A DNA stretch of 64,000 nucleotides from Octopus sinensis. Taxonomy: Eukaryota. A program made the position numbers and the translations under genes. The notes beneath the pieces are model-generated. The model made no database searches, was not told where the DNA came from, and saw only the letters and a list, made by a program, of their open reading frames with translations. Below, piece after piece: positions 24,349 to 37,496 of the stretch (position 1 is the stretch's first letter; every line of letters begins with the position of its first letter). The stretch covers positions 152,768,001 through 152,832,000 of the forward strand of contig NC_042997.1 in NCBI RefSeq assembly GCF_006345805.1. The letters run 5' to 3'.

Positions 24349-26481
24349 CATTGGTCAACAAGAATTTTTCATAAAGCAAAGGTAAAGGTGTACTTAGTGT
24401 AGTTTTTAATGCTGATTTCAAATATACAATTAGCTTTTTGACATCAGGTACAGTTTTCAAGATGAGAAAGTTTTTTGGTGTTAGCTAATGCATTATATAT
24501 AAATTCCAATTAATGACGTGAATGCGTGTATTTCATTTACATCATGGAAACATACCTTTAAAATAAACTACATTATTCATTGATGCATAGTGTAGATACA
24601 ATATTTCATCATCTTAAATTAACCATTGAAGTTTTGTCTGATGAAATAGGGATTTCAGCATCTCAAAATGTCCAGTCATAATTGGTCCGATGAAATATTT
24701 CATCATCACAAATTCAATATAAGAACAACCATTTGTATTTATTTCCTTACTTGTTTTACAGTTTTATCAATGTCAAGAAATCGTCCTGGTGGGTTTTGTT
24801 ATGTTTGTGGACATGTAAGTCCATGCCTTTTGCCATTCTAATATGGAGGAAGCCGAAAAACTATTTTCAGGATTTTCTATGACGAATAAACACAAAACCG
24901 TGTATCCCAATTTAGATTCTGCAATGAGATCTGCACCTCACAATGGAAGTTTGCCAATTCCAGTTCCACCAGATGATGGCATTGAAACATCAGATGATGA
25001 TGCTAACTGTCACGAAAGTGCTACTAAGGAAGATTACATGGCTGACGACGATAGTTTTGAACTTCAGAAATTTTCCGAAGCAGAACTCAATGACCTTGTC
25101 AGAACTTATCCCTCTCAAAAGATAAAGCAGAACTTTTGACATCAAGACTGAAGGAGAAGTATCTGCTAGAGCACGGTGTTCGTATAACTTACCTTCGGTA
25201 GAGAAATGTGGATCTACTGTGTTTTTCCGTTGAAGGCCCGCTTTGCTTTTGCAGTAACTTCGATGGACTTTTCGAATGTTTATCACAAAATCATGACCCT
25301 GCAGAGTGGCGTTTGTTTATTAACTCTTCAAAATGAATTTTAAAAGCTGTACATCTCCATAAGGGTAATTTGAAACTCTCCATTCCTATTGCACACTATG
25401 TTCATCTTCATGAATCATATGAGAATATGGAACTGTTACTTCATGTCATTGCCTATGAAAGACACTCATGGAAAATATGTGAACATATGCAATAAAGTCT
25501 CACAGAATACTGTTGTTTCTTGTGTCTATGGGATAGCCGGGCAACCGACAGACATTATTCGGAATCAAACTGGCAGAGAAGAACATCATACTAGCGAGGA
25601 CTCTCTAGTGTCCAGAATACATCTCTTCTAGATCCATGTAATGTCTTATTGATTCCTTTCCACATAAAGCTTGGAGTGGTAAAACACTTTGTAAAGACAC
25701 TAGAGAAGAGAAATGCCAGAGGCGTTGAATATATTATAGAAAAGTTTCCCAAAATTACAGAGTGGAATTTGAAAGAGGGTAACTTTGTCGGACTCCAAAT
25801 TAAAGAAGTACTCAAAGATGTCAACATCAAGACAACACTGGATGAACGGGAACTGCATACTTGGAATGCTTTAAATTGGATCTGTGAAATTTCATGGGCA
25901 ACAAGAAGGCAATGGACTACAAGGATGGCATCAAGAATCTTCTGAAGTGTTACTCAGCAATGGGTTGTCGCATGTCACTGAAAGTTCACGTCTTGGACTC
26001 CCGTCTGGGTTTTTTCGAAGATAACCTTGGAGCAGTGTCTGATGAACATGTTGAAAGATTTCAGCAGGACATTAGTGCTATGGAGAAACGCTACAAAGGC
26101 TTCTGGAATGACAGTATGCTGGCTGACTACTTCTGGACACTTTCCATGATCAACCAGGAAATCCAAATCACTATGTTTCTAACTGTGTTGTTCTCACTTT
26201 GTTTTGTCTGACCCATACTTTGTGTATTCACCCTTTGTCGAATAATAGCGATGTTTTTTAACTCAATAAATTCATTTACTTTCTAAAAATAATATGTCCT
26301 TCTTTATTACGTTAATGATTTCATATATACAAATATGTAAATATTTTCATGTATCTACTGAAAACCTGATACGAGCTGCATACAAATGGAGAAAAATTCT
26401 GGAATCACAATGAAAAATTAGTCTTAAAAAGTTGTTTTACATTCATAATGAGTATAATACATTTAATTTTGTTCACCAGTG
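24349..26481 (+). mobile_element. Chapaev3 (CMC superfamily) DNA transposon, both ends intact, transposase decayed
   Basis: TIRs cattggtcaacaagaatt and rc of aattttgttcaccagtg; TTA on both flanks (24346-48 and 26482-84). Motifs FCYVCG, YPNLDSAMRSAPH, IPFHIKLGVVKHFVK, FVGLQIKEVL, MSLKVHVLDSRLGFFEDNLGAVSDEHVERFQQDISAMEKRY. Confidence 0.85.
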
Positions 26482-27892
26482 TTATTTAACTTTTTATAGT
26501 CATCAAAGATCGGAGCCCAATGTTTTTATTTTTTCTCTTTGCTTCTCTTTCTTTTTTCCTTCCTTCCTTTCTTCCTTTCTTTCTTTATTTATTTATCTAT
26601 ACAACCAACCAACCAGACATGATTACATTGTCTGCACATCTAGAACATCAGGAGTCTGCGAGAGAACCCCTGCTGGATTATTCAATTTGCTACAAAAATT
26701 AACCAAAACACGCATCCTATCTTTTCAAGACTCTAATGTCTCGAAAAGAACATAAATTACACAGTACGTCTGAAAAACAAAATTTTGGGATGGTCACGAT
26801 TAAAATGCTCTTGATCAAGGCTTGGCTCTTCAAATGCTGACGAACAACAATACTATTCCAACATTCGGAAATTTCCTTCAGAAATATTCCATTCGACCTA
26901 AACATGTTTTTTGCGTTCACAACTTCTCTTTTCATCATACTCCCTACCCTATGCACGTCAAATAACCTCCGCTAGACGCAGAAGCCAAATCTCCATTATA
27001 TCACGCACTACCATATTTAAAAAGAAAAAGATTTCACTGGTTAATGAAGTTATAGTTATGCTATAAAGAATCGGGTTCCGGCAAAACAACAACACTCATA
27101 CAAAACTGCTCATCAGAACCGCTTTTTTCTCGAATCCCTTCTCTCTGCGTAGATATCTCTAACAAGTATTTGGCAACTAAACTAAACAGTAATAAAGTCA
27201 ACATTATGTCATTACGTTTGTATTTTGAAAACAATAGGTTGTGTTTATATTGAAAAATTTAAATTAGGTCACTCGCCAATCTGTAAGTTCCAACAAAGAG
27301 AAAAGAAAGAAGTAAAATTTTTTTAATGTTGAGTGATGTGTTGGACTGTCGTTTACAGTGTGCTCAGTACTGTCCTTCACAAAGAGTTAAAATAGCGTCA
27401 TGTATTTAAAGAGATGTATTTTTAATTATCCAAATGGTCACCATATTGATGGTATAAAGTTACACACAGATACGCTCCAGACCGTATCCCACAAATAGGC
27501 TGTCTATTTTATTTTCTTACCTCTTGTGCCGGTAACGATAGGCCTCCACTCCTCGGAAATGGATTGGCGTCTTACACTACTACTTAATTTGTCGCCTAGT
27601 ATAACACCATCCCCAAGCCCACTAGTGCCTTTCGTGTAATGAACGAATATATCAGTAAGCGTTCCTACCTAGTTTATGGCCTGAGGATATTGCGATCTCA
27701 TGATTTTCCGAAACTTAATACATTGTGCGAACAAGGTGTCCCTCTGAACATAACTTCTGTACTTGTCTCCACCAATCTTGATGCTACCCTACTTCTTCTG
27801 AATGAGCAATAAAATAAATGCATAAAAGCAAACGAAAAATCTACCCATGGGTTGTTCAAAAAATACCACAGCAATAATTTTAGGCAAAATGT

Positions 27893-28989
27893 ATGTCACT
27901 GCAATTAATTGTATTTTTTAAAATTCTTCAGAAGAAATTCTCCACTGCTTAGCTTTTGGGTCGTGAGAACATATCCACTGATTATATTTCTAATAACCTT
28001 CTTAAAACAAGGAAATACTTCTAACATCAAATTCTTTGGATGACAGAAACGTTCTTCACCAATTCTCTGCGATAGCAAAACTATTTACGAAATAAAAGAT
28101 TCAGTTTATTTAGCCTCTGTGTTATCAAACTGCTTTAAATTTCAAGCAGCTTTTTATTTCTAAAAAGTTCATTCTAAAAGAAAGATTATACTTATATCGT
28201 TCTTTCTAGTGGACATATTGTCTAAATGTAAGGAGATAAACTGAAAGAAGAGTTAAAGAAAGAGGTTTTATACTATTTACTTTGGCTGGTACTATACAAA
28301 ACTTCATTGAATCTGATTTGGTCCATATCCTAAAATAATTGCTATCATATTGATACTTAAGAAAGAGATCACCGTAGTGTATATTTTTCTCTCTGTATAT
28401 AAATGCACATATGTCAGTGCAATTTATTGTATTTTTAAAATTCTTCAGAAGAAATTCCCCTCTGCATAGCTTTTGGGTCGTGAGAACATTTCCACTGATT
28501 ATATTTCTAGTAACCTTCTTAAAACAAGGAAATACTTCTAGCATCAAATTCTTTTCATGACAGAAACATTCTTCACCAATTCTCTGTGATATCAATACTA
28601 TTTACAAAATAAAATATTCAGGTTATTTAACCTCTGTGTTATCAAACTAATTTATATTTGAAGCAGCTTTTTATTTCTAAAAGAAAGATTATACTTATAT
28701 CGTTCTTTCTAGTTTACATATTGCCTAAATGTAGGGAGATAAACTGAAAGAAGCGTTAAAGAAAGAAGTTTTATACTATTTACTTTTAGTTTTCTTTTTG
28801 ATTCGAGTTCCAACTAAGCTGTATATTGATTTCATATTTCTATGGCCATTAAAAGAGCTGCTGGTACTATACAACACTTCACTGAGTCTAATTTGGTCCA
28901 TTTGCTAAAGTAATCGCTATGATAATGATACTTAAGAAAGAGATCACCGCAGTGTATATTTTTTCTCTCTGTATATAAATGCACATATT
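27893..28989. repeat. ~520-580 bp tandem duplication of AT-rich unique-looking DNA
   Basis: atgtcactgcaattaattgta at 27893 and atgtcagtgcaatttattgta at 28411; copy 2 has an extra ~70 bp near 28790-28860. Confidence 0.9.
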
Positions 28990-29004
28990 CCTATATACAT
29001 ATAT

Positions 29005-29420
29005 GTACCAGGGTGGGCTGAAAATTTTATAGGCTGACTATGAGGGAATGACACTAAAGCTGCGAAATCTTGCATTCATTAATTTCAACTCTTCCTGTTG
29101 ATAACTGCTTTATTTGTTTCTAGGTAAACTGATATCTGACTGTTCAGAGAGGACTGAAAGAATAATTAATAGCGAATTCTCTTGAGAATGGACAAAATTT
29201 AGCTTAGTGGTGTTATCATATACCTGCAGAAAAAGGGTTTAGACCCCAACATCATTCGCGCTGATATGATTGCTACATTATCTGACGATGCTCCAGCTTT
29301 ATCAATAGGTTAAAAGTGGACAGCTGAGTTTAGGAGGGGAAGGGGGAGTCATGAAGATGATCCAAGATTTGGACGTCCTCAACTGCTACCAACGAGAAAA
29401 ACATTGACCGGGTTAAGGCA
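29005..29420 (+). mobile_element. Mariner (irritans-like) 5' fragment
   Basis: MDKI*LSGVIIYLQKKGL..IRADMIATLSDDAP..KWTAEFRRGRGSHEDDPRFGRP. Confidence 0.8.
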
Positions 29421-29984
29421 CTGCCGACATGGCATAACAGGCTAAAACAAGACGATATGTCACGTGAGTAGAGCCCGAGGATTGCATGAAGGTACCAGAC
29501 GTGTTATAAAATTCTCTGTGAGTTTTATTCAGCGCATGAAACTATTAGGAGTTCATAAAAATATACACATTTGGAAACCTAACTCTACTTCTAATTCGTG
29601 TTTGAATATATCCTTACATAAGCATCATCGGGGGATACCAGCAAACGATCTTTTTAATTCTATTTGCATATAGTCATGGACTGGCGAAATCGAAACTTAT
29701 TCTTCAACACCTTCATCAAGAGCAGATAGTGCTGATATAGGAAGTCAGCAATAAGAACGATCTTATTCGAGCGGGCATGGAAGCAGAAAATCCGTATGAG
29801 TTCATAAACGTTCTTGGACCTCGTAACTTAATATATATGGGTACTTAATATATATGGTTACCTGTCACTCTTTATCCGGAAGAGCGGAAAATATAAGACT
29901 TGATCATGTCATTTATTTCTATAAGCAACTTTCTATGTAAATACAATCCCTACCCCTATCTTACTTTTCTGCTTTGATATATAC

Positions 29985-30415
29985 AGGCTGCGATCGCTAA
30001 ATTGTTACCATTTTATATTTTTAATTTCGTGCATGCACATTGTTGGATTTAATTTTTGTCGACTACACATAGTAGGGTCCGTTGGGCACACTCTGTGAGA
30101 AAAACAGCACTATGAAACAATTCACTCTGCTAGAAATTTGGAAACTACATACTGGACTACTTGGCAGTCGCACAGAAAGCTCCAATACAAACATTTCAGA
30201 GTATTTGGGTGTCACTCTGAGGACATGTATCGAGAGTGATAAAAATCAAGCATGCAGTAAACACCATGGTTGTTGGATTGATCACTAGTTGTGGCGATGT
30301 TATGCCTCTATTCATCTTCCAACACAGCCTCACACTCGATACGGAGGCCTACATCAAGTGCCTAGAGGCGCTAGTTCTCTCTTGGAACAAGAAGGTAGAT
30401 GACCTAAGAAAAGGA
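29985..30415 (+). mobile_element. Internally deleted Tc1/mariner (DD37D/maT-like) relic
   Basis: KIKHAVNTMVVGLITSCGDVMPLFIFQH..YIKCLEALVLSW; begins with tacaggctgcg. Confidence 0.65.
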
Positions 30416-31139
30416 AAGAAGTTAAGACTCGTAACACACGAAATAAACATAAAGAAAATAACCTTGAAAACGGGAAAATTAGGCACAACATTAGTAATAA
30501 GGAAACAGCAAAAGGTCCTGATAATAAAACCTGTGATTGTGGTAATAAAACCAAAATAGTTGTCCATTAAGAAATTTTTGTAGAGAAAAGGTATAATTTA
30601 TAGGTTAAAGTAATGTCTGAGAGGAAGGATTACTACTATACAGGCTCAACGGAAAATTATGTAAAAGAAGGTGGCCAACCATGAAAGCACTTTTAGAGAT
30701 AACAGAAAAGAAGCTAATACTAATAAATTAATTTGGGAGATTAAGGACAAAAATAGGTAAATAGCAGAACAAAATCTTATAGGTTTGGATGCAACAGGTG
30801 TGATTATGCATGGAAGACATTTTCCCGATTATTACATCCAAGTACAAACTAATCAAAAATAAAAGAGAAAGAGGTTTTTCTTTCCCACAAAGGATTAAAT
30901 ATACGTTTAATAAATTCAAATAAAAAAATTAGACATTATAGGAATAAATATACGTCTAGTAATTTCAAATAAATATAATTATATAGCCAGTATGTGAATA
31001 CATACATATCTAGAACTAATAACTCTATATTAACCAAATGGAGGAATACATACTGAAACCCTTACTATCAGCTGATGTATCAAAATGAATAATTTAAGAA
31101 TTATATTAAATGAATTCTTCATGCAGAAAACGTGCTCTT

Positions 31140-31380
31140 TCGAAGCTGTCGACACTCTCCTTAACCTGCTTCCTCTGATATTATGAGGCGATGGCGCATG
31201 ATACCTTATTAGAATGTAGGATAGCAGGATCCCTAAACATATATTATATGGGGAACTTGTTAGTGGAAAGAGATCCAGGCAGAAACCAAGTTTGCGATTT
31301 AAGGAGTATGTCAAGTCCTCATTAATGGACTGTTTGTGCAGGAGACCAACTAGGAGCGCAATGCCTGCCCTCACCACAGA
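31140..31380 (+). mobile_element. RTE-clade LINE 3' fragment
   Basis: LIRM*DSRIPKHILYGELVSGKRSRQKPSLRFKEYVKSSL matches the RTE C-terminal motif. Confidence 0.7.
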
Positions 31381-31388
31381 TATGTATG

Positions 31389-31426
<38 letters not shown>

Positions 31427-31645
31427 CATACTTATGTATGTATCTAATAACCGGTGCTTGTCCATTATCACCTCAATACCCAAGGTATCAGATAGAGGAG
31501 GCAGGTTAAGGAGGTTGTCATTAGCCACCAACGGAGTCGCAAATGCAAAATATTAGTCCAAGAGTGTACGATGTTCCTAAAGGCTTGGCCTTAGTCGGTC
31601 ACGAGTGGACGACCATCAAATATGTGTGAGTGTGTGTATCTAGAT

Positions 31646-31734
<89 letters not shown>

Positions 31735-32379
31735 ACATATATAGATATGTATGTACATATGTATATAACATGTGTTACATAGTTATATCATACCATGATA
31801 TTTTGTGGGCTAAGATCCCCGTTGATAGGCTGCTGGTATTTATAGAGTGTTAAGCACCTTCGGTATGCAAATCAGGGACCCCTTCATAAAGTAACTACTG
31901 CATTTGTTGAGTATATAAACAGTTTGACTGGGTTTTTTTTCTCTATATATAAATTTGATAAATTTTTAAGTAATAAAATGTTGGGGTGAGAGTAATAGTA
32001 AGCATAGGGATGGTGAGGGCAGTAGCAAAGGCAGAGAGAGACAGAGAGAGAGAGAGGGGGGGAAAAAGAAAGAAAAAAAGAGGACGACAAAGAAATTTAG
32101 GGAGAGTTGATGTTTTTTATTAAAAGTAGTAGTGTTGATGGTGACAGTGGGAGTAATAATAAGAGAGAGAGAGAGAGAAAGAGTAGGTGTGTGAGAGAAA
32201 GAGGAACTGAACACTTAACTAAGATGCTGAACTAACATATTGAACGAACACACTAATTTATCTTTATGTGATGGTAATGGAGGTGACAGTAATAGTATGA
32301 ACTGTAGTTGTAATAGAGGCGCAGGAGGCAATGGTGATGGTGCTGGTTGCGTTGGTGGTGATGGTGATGGTGCTATATT

Positions 32380-32421
<42 letters not shown>

Positions 32422-34668
32422 TGTATGTATGTGTGTATATGTATATGGAGAGAGAGAGGGGAGGGAAGTAGTTGTAGATATATGGATATAGATAGAGATA
32501 GGTGATTTGAAGATTTTTAATAAATCTCCTGTACTTTATGATAATGCACCAATGTGGGAAATTGAGTAAGAAATCACTAACCTTTGACCGTCATAACAAA
32601 CCCCAGCAAAGTTTCTATATGGTATTAATGAACACATGTCTCGTCATATACTCCATAGATGAATTTCCAAAACATTTTTCAGTATGTTGACTTAAGATGA
32701 AAATAAAAGTTGTTATCTCTCAGCCCAAAATATAACCTGCAAAATATAACTACTATGGCATGATTTACATAAAGGATCTTTGTCCGTTTCGAAAATGAGC
32801 AATTGTTTAATCAACTGAACTACTTATTAAATTAGCGTGTAAATGGATGATTATTCCAAAGACATTTGTACCGTTTATGCAAACATCACGCAAAATCAAT
32901 ATGCCAGTGTCTATGAGAAAGCTAATTATTAGACTTACCTGTACTGCCCGTCCAACGATAGCCACATATCTTCCGTCTGTCTCTTTTCTTTTTTTTACAA
33001 AGTTTCGGTCGGTTTGAGACTTAGATAAAAGCCACTTGCACAGAATGTCACTGTGTATCGACCGGTAAACTTCAGAATTGTGAAGTGAACCTACTTAAGC
33101 ATACGGTCAAACCTGCATTCATCAATCATGATATAACTTCAACGTAAATGAGATAAAGTAAATTATTAATCCATGCAACACACAAGCCAGTGTTCAACAG
33201 AGTGCATATTTTCCCAGCTTGTTTTCCAATATTACTAAGTCTTATATACGAAAACGTACGTTGTTATCAAAAGAACTTATACGAGCAATATCAATGTTGT
33301 AAGATATTCAGAAATGTTTCAATTAGAATCCAGCTACATACTGGTTACTAGCACAAATTCTGAGAAAACAACTAACAAACTGGTAGGTTATTTCTTTAAA
33401 AATCCTAATTGTTTGTATGTGGAATAAAAGCATCAATCAGAACAAAAGTACGAGTGAATTTTAACTAACCCCCAGTTATGTTTCTATCAAAACACCTAAA
33501 TATGTGATCTGATGCTCATCGTTTTTCAAATTAGTAAACCCTTTTATCATACAGTCAAAACAATCGACAATCTGATTAATACCATATACAGCAGACACTT
33601 ATAATACTAATTCAAGTCACGAATTTCTTGAAATGTTCAATACTGTGAACTACCAAAGCTATAGCAGTTTCTGTGATGCAGAATCATTGTGACCGTACCG
33701 GTTCACATAGCCATTATCACTACGAGAATAAGTCGCATTTGGCACTCTCTTACATTACCCATTTTCCCTCTACCAAAAGAAAATTTTGCGGAAAGAAATC
33801 AATTAGTATGAATTGCTCTAAAAATGCAGTTCCAGTCTCCATCCAGGAACTTTAAATGAGGTTGGAACAGTTTTCCCTATCAGTTAAACATTTTTCAATT
33901 ACTGTGGATATCTATTCAAGCCAAATACCCAGTTGCATAAGAGGGAATTTCACATAATCGAATGACGTGTTGGAAATAGAAGACAGATCATCCTAAAACT
34001 CTACCTTCCGTCTTAAAGCAAGAATGTATTGATAAATACATATGCCATTGAATGAAAAAAGAAGCAGGGTGATCACGATGTTCTAAAGTGAAACGACATT
34101 ATCAACAATGGCAAGAGTATCAAACACAGCTTTTGTTATAGGTAAATATAAAACGTTTTCCAATGAAGCTAATACTCTTAAAGATAAATCCGAAGCCAGT
34201 TTAACCTTGGAATTTACTTCAGATTCTAACATCAATAATGAACAGTGTATCTTATTTTTTGAAAATGGCAGTCTCTGATAACGAATTGGAAACTTGCGAT
34301 AACAACGCTATCAAGTAATATATTTTGAAAGAAATGACACTTCACTCAAAGTAAACATGTCTATTTATCAAAATACTTCGAAAAAGAGTGTTTGCTATAA
34401 ATTCAATTTCCATTATCTTAGATACATAAATATTTTCTATTGAGCAGTATTTAGTTAAAAACCATGTTTCGTAGAACAAGCTTCATCTACAGGATCACTC
34501 AGTCTCTAGAAACAGCAACTAAATCTCTCTAAAATCATATACCAGATTTTAAAATAAAAACGGAAATGATCAGTGACTAATATATTCTAAATACCCTTAA
34601 AAATGTGATATGCTCACAGTTGAAATGCATTTTTGACCATTTACCTGCTCGTCTAAGGTTGGCCTTAC

Positions 34669-34749
34669 CTTTTCAGTCGAAAGTAAATACCTATATTCTA
34701 CAGAAAGCGCTACAGTTAAGAGTAAGCAGAGTAAGATTTTATCGACCAT
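34669..34749 (-). other. Candidate first coding exon (signal-peptide-like) of a minus-strand gene or pseudogene
   Basis: MVDKILLCLLLTVALSVEYRYLLSTEK is followed directly by the donor AAG|GTAAGG (phase 0). No homology recognised. Confidence 0.3.
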
Positions 34750-36399
34750 AATATAATCTCTTACACAACACAAAGTCTTCATCGGTCTTGTAACTGGATT
34801 AATGTACTATTCTATGCTTTTTTCTAAAGAGATATAATTTTTTCCTTTAAAATGATATGCAGTTGCTTAAAAATTAACATTATTTTCATTTTAATATTTT
34901 AATAAAATTTACATATGAGGCAATGAAAGATCTGTGATGAAACACGCAGCTACAATCAAAACAGTTGGACCATAACATTAACAGAAGAATTTTCTACAAC
35001 AGCTGAACACTGCACAGATGAAAAGAGATTCGAGATTACTTGCTGGATGTGTGGTTATAATTCAAATTAACGAAACAAAATAACTGGAAATGATTTAAGA
35101 TTTGAAACTTTGCGGGTGGGAATTTGATCAATAAAGGGAACCACTTAAGAGAGGAGATTGTATTCCAGTTAGAATGCTTGTCTATGTCGAAAGTGTTGGG
35201 ACCATGTCATTGGTTGATCTGCAAGAAATAGCAGCTAAATTTTCCATATCATTGTATACTCCCAACCATCTTACAAAAACGGTAACTAAAATCTATTTGA
35301 AACTACATCTGGGGTACGTTTTGCATATCAAAACAGATAAGGCTTAGTCTTATGTAATACATTAATTTGGAACATAGCCTAACTGACTATATTCTTGTAA
35401 TTAAAAGACGAAACTCTTGTTTTAGAGTTTTTGTCTTCTAATTGCCACGACAAAAAGTAAAACAGGTAGTAAATGAGCGCTCAGTGGAAATAAAATGTTA
35501 TTCTACTCAGAATACTATGAACAGTATAATCATGGATATGATATTGTGTTGAGCAAAGAGAAAACACAAGCATCGAGTGGAAGGTAATCTGTCAAGAACG
35601 CAATTTGACAACACCTTTAATCAAGGCGTTCAAAAAGCTGTCGTGATTGTCGATGCACTATGTGAAATAGGTCCGATAATATCAGCTAATCTAAATTTCT
35701 AAGAAGTAAAGGCATTAAAAAGAGGAGCGGATCTGCTTTTGAAAACAAACTGGTGGAAATAAAGGATGTATTTCGGTCATTATTTAGGTGATGAGTGTGA
35801 AAGGACGAAAACGAAGATGAGCTGGTAATATATGGAACACTTTCGATCCTTGGTGTGCTTAGTTAAAACATTCGTGGGCTAAATAACAACAATAAAAACG
35901 GCGTCGACGACGATGGTAACGAGGATAGAAACAACAAAGAAAATCTAAATTGCTGATCATTCATAATATCGATCGCTGCAACTTTCTGTTACTTTGCTCA
36001 TATTAGGTGATTCTCTTTGTTACATTATAAATGGCAATGCTGTTCTTGTTGTCAAGCATGTATCAGAATATGGTTTGTTGCAAGATACTAACGGGTTTAT
36101 ATGCCATGCTAATATATTCGCTACATTTCAATGTTTATTGCCGTTGACCAAAATTTCTTGTGAAAATCTTCATATAAATTTCTCTGCAATAAATTTGCCA
36201 TAGCGCCAATTATTTCAAACAAAATCCACTACTGTTTAGCACGCTTAAACGAATTTGTATCACATCAATGTATTAGAAAATTGCGCACTGATTGATACAA
36301 ATGATCAGAAATTGTCAAAGACTTTACACTATTTTCAAGGATGTCTCATACGGGGAATCGATATATCCTGCTATATATATTGTATTGAGTCATAAGCTT

Positions 36400-37190
36400 T
36401 GTCATATTTTGATAACTTATTCGTTTTATCCACAAGTTACAACGAAAGCGGCCTAGCATTTAAAGTAAATACCATCGTGCTTCACCGCCGGAGAGGAAAG
36501 GATATAAAAGTGTAAAATGATGAAAGAGTAAAAAGTAAAGGAGTATCAGATAGAAGGAATGGGGGTGATAGAGAGAGAGAGGTATAATAGTGTAAAAAGA
36601 AAAGGAGTCTTAGGTATGTAGTGATAGAGCCTAAGTGATGGGGCAGAGAGAGGGGGTAGGGGTAGTAATATGGTGGAATGAAGAATTTGAGAATATAGAT
36701 TAGGTTGGTGTCAGTGAAATGGGTTGGGTTGTGGTTGTGGTCTAATGTAAGGGTATCTGTGCTGGAGCTGTGTGTGTGTTGAGTGTTCGTATGACTAGAG
36801 TTATGTGAGTTTTGATAGTAAAGAGAAAGCTTTTGCTTATTAGAGGCTACTACAATACATTCGAAGTTGGGCGGGGTAGAATAAGATAGTTTCAGGGTGG
36901 ATCGATTAATGATATTTATGATCGACTAATGATGCTTATGTTGCCGAGGGAAGCTAGAGTCTAATATTTTAAAGAAGGATTTAGCTAAGTTCTTAACGTT
37001 AAGTGAGAATGGGAGTGTGTACCACAGAATAGAGCGTCAGCCCCTTTTTTAGGGTGTCTGGGAGTAGTACTATCTAGGTTTTTAGGAGCGCTATCTATAT
37101 TTTAGAGAATGTATGTGGGTAGCGAGACCTGTGGTTGTTAGCTATATTAGTTGTTTTAGTTTTTGACCTAGTGTTAAAAGGGTTTCAAAT
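36400..37190 (-). mobile_element. Penelope-like element relic (RT-to-GIY-YIG linker)
   Basis: ILWYTLPFSLNVKNLAKSFFKILDSSFP..INRSTLKLSYSTPPN resembles the Penelope WFNPPF..NVKTN..KLSYSCMPN motif. Confidence 0.7.
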
Positions 37191-37496
37191 CTTCTAATTC
37201 CACGACGGCGGGAGCTCGTAAAATTCGACTTCAACTCCCAGCGGGTCTATGAAAAGTCCATACTTCTCTCTCAATTCCCAAAATCTCTCTTTATCTATGA
37301 CTATTCCCTTAGTGTGTTCCAGGTATTTTCCTGGCGACAGCCATACTCTTATTACCAATTTATATTTTACAATCGTTTTCTCTATTTCTTTACTTTTGGA
37401 ATACGTGACCAAATGCCACTTATATCTCTTCCTTTTCACTTCTGCTTGCTTCGGCTCCCGTCCTGATCTGCTTGGGCGTGCAGAAACATCATAACT

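Noticed and set aside
34597-34782. Protocadherin-like start (octopus expansion)
   Set aside because: No cadherin repeat motifs downstream in the frames examined; kept only as a generic signal-peptide candidate.
35145-35285. 47-codon open stretch EPLKRGDCIPVRMLVY.., faintly arrestin/VPS26-like
   Set aside because: In-frame stop just upstream, and the similarity is too short to support.
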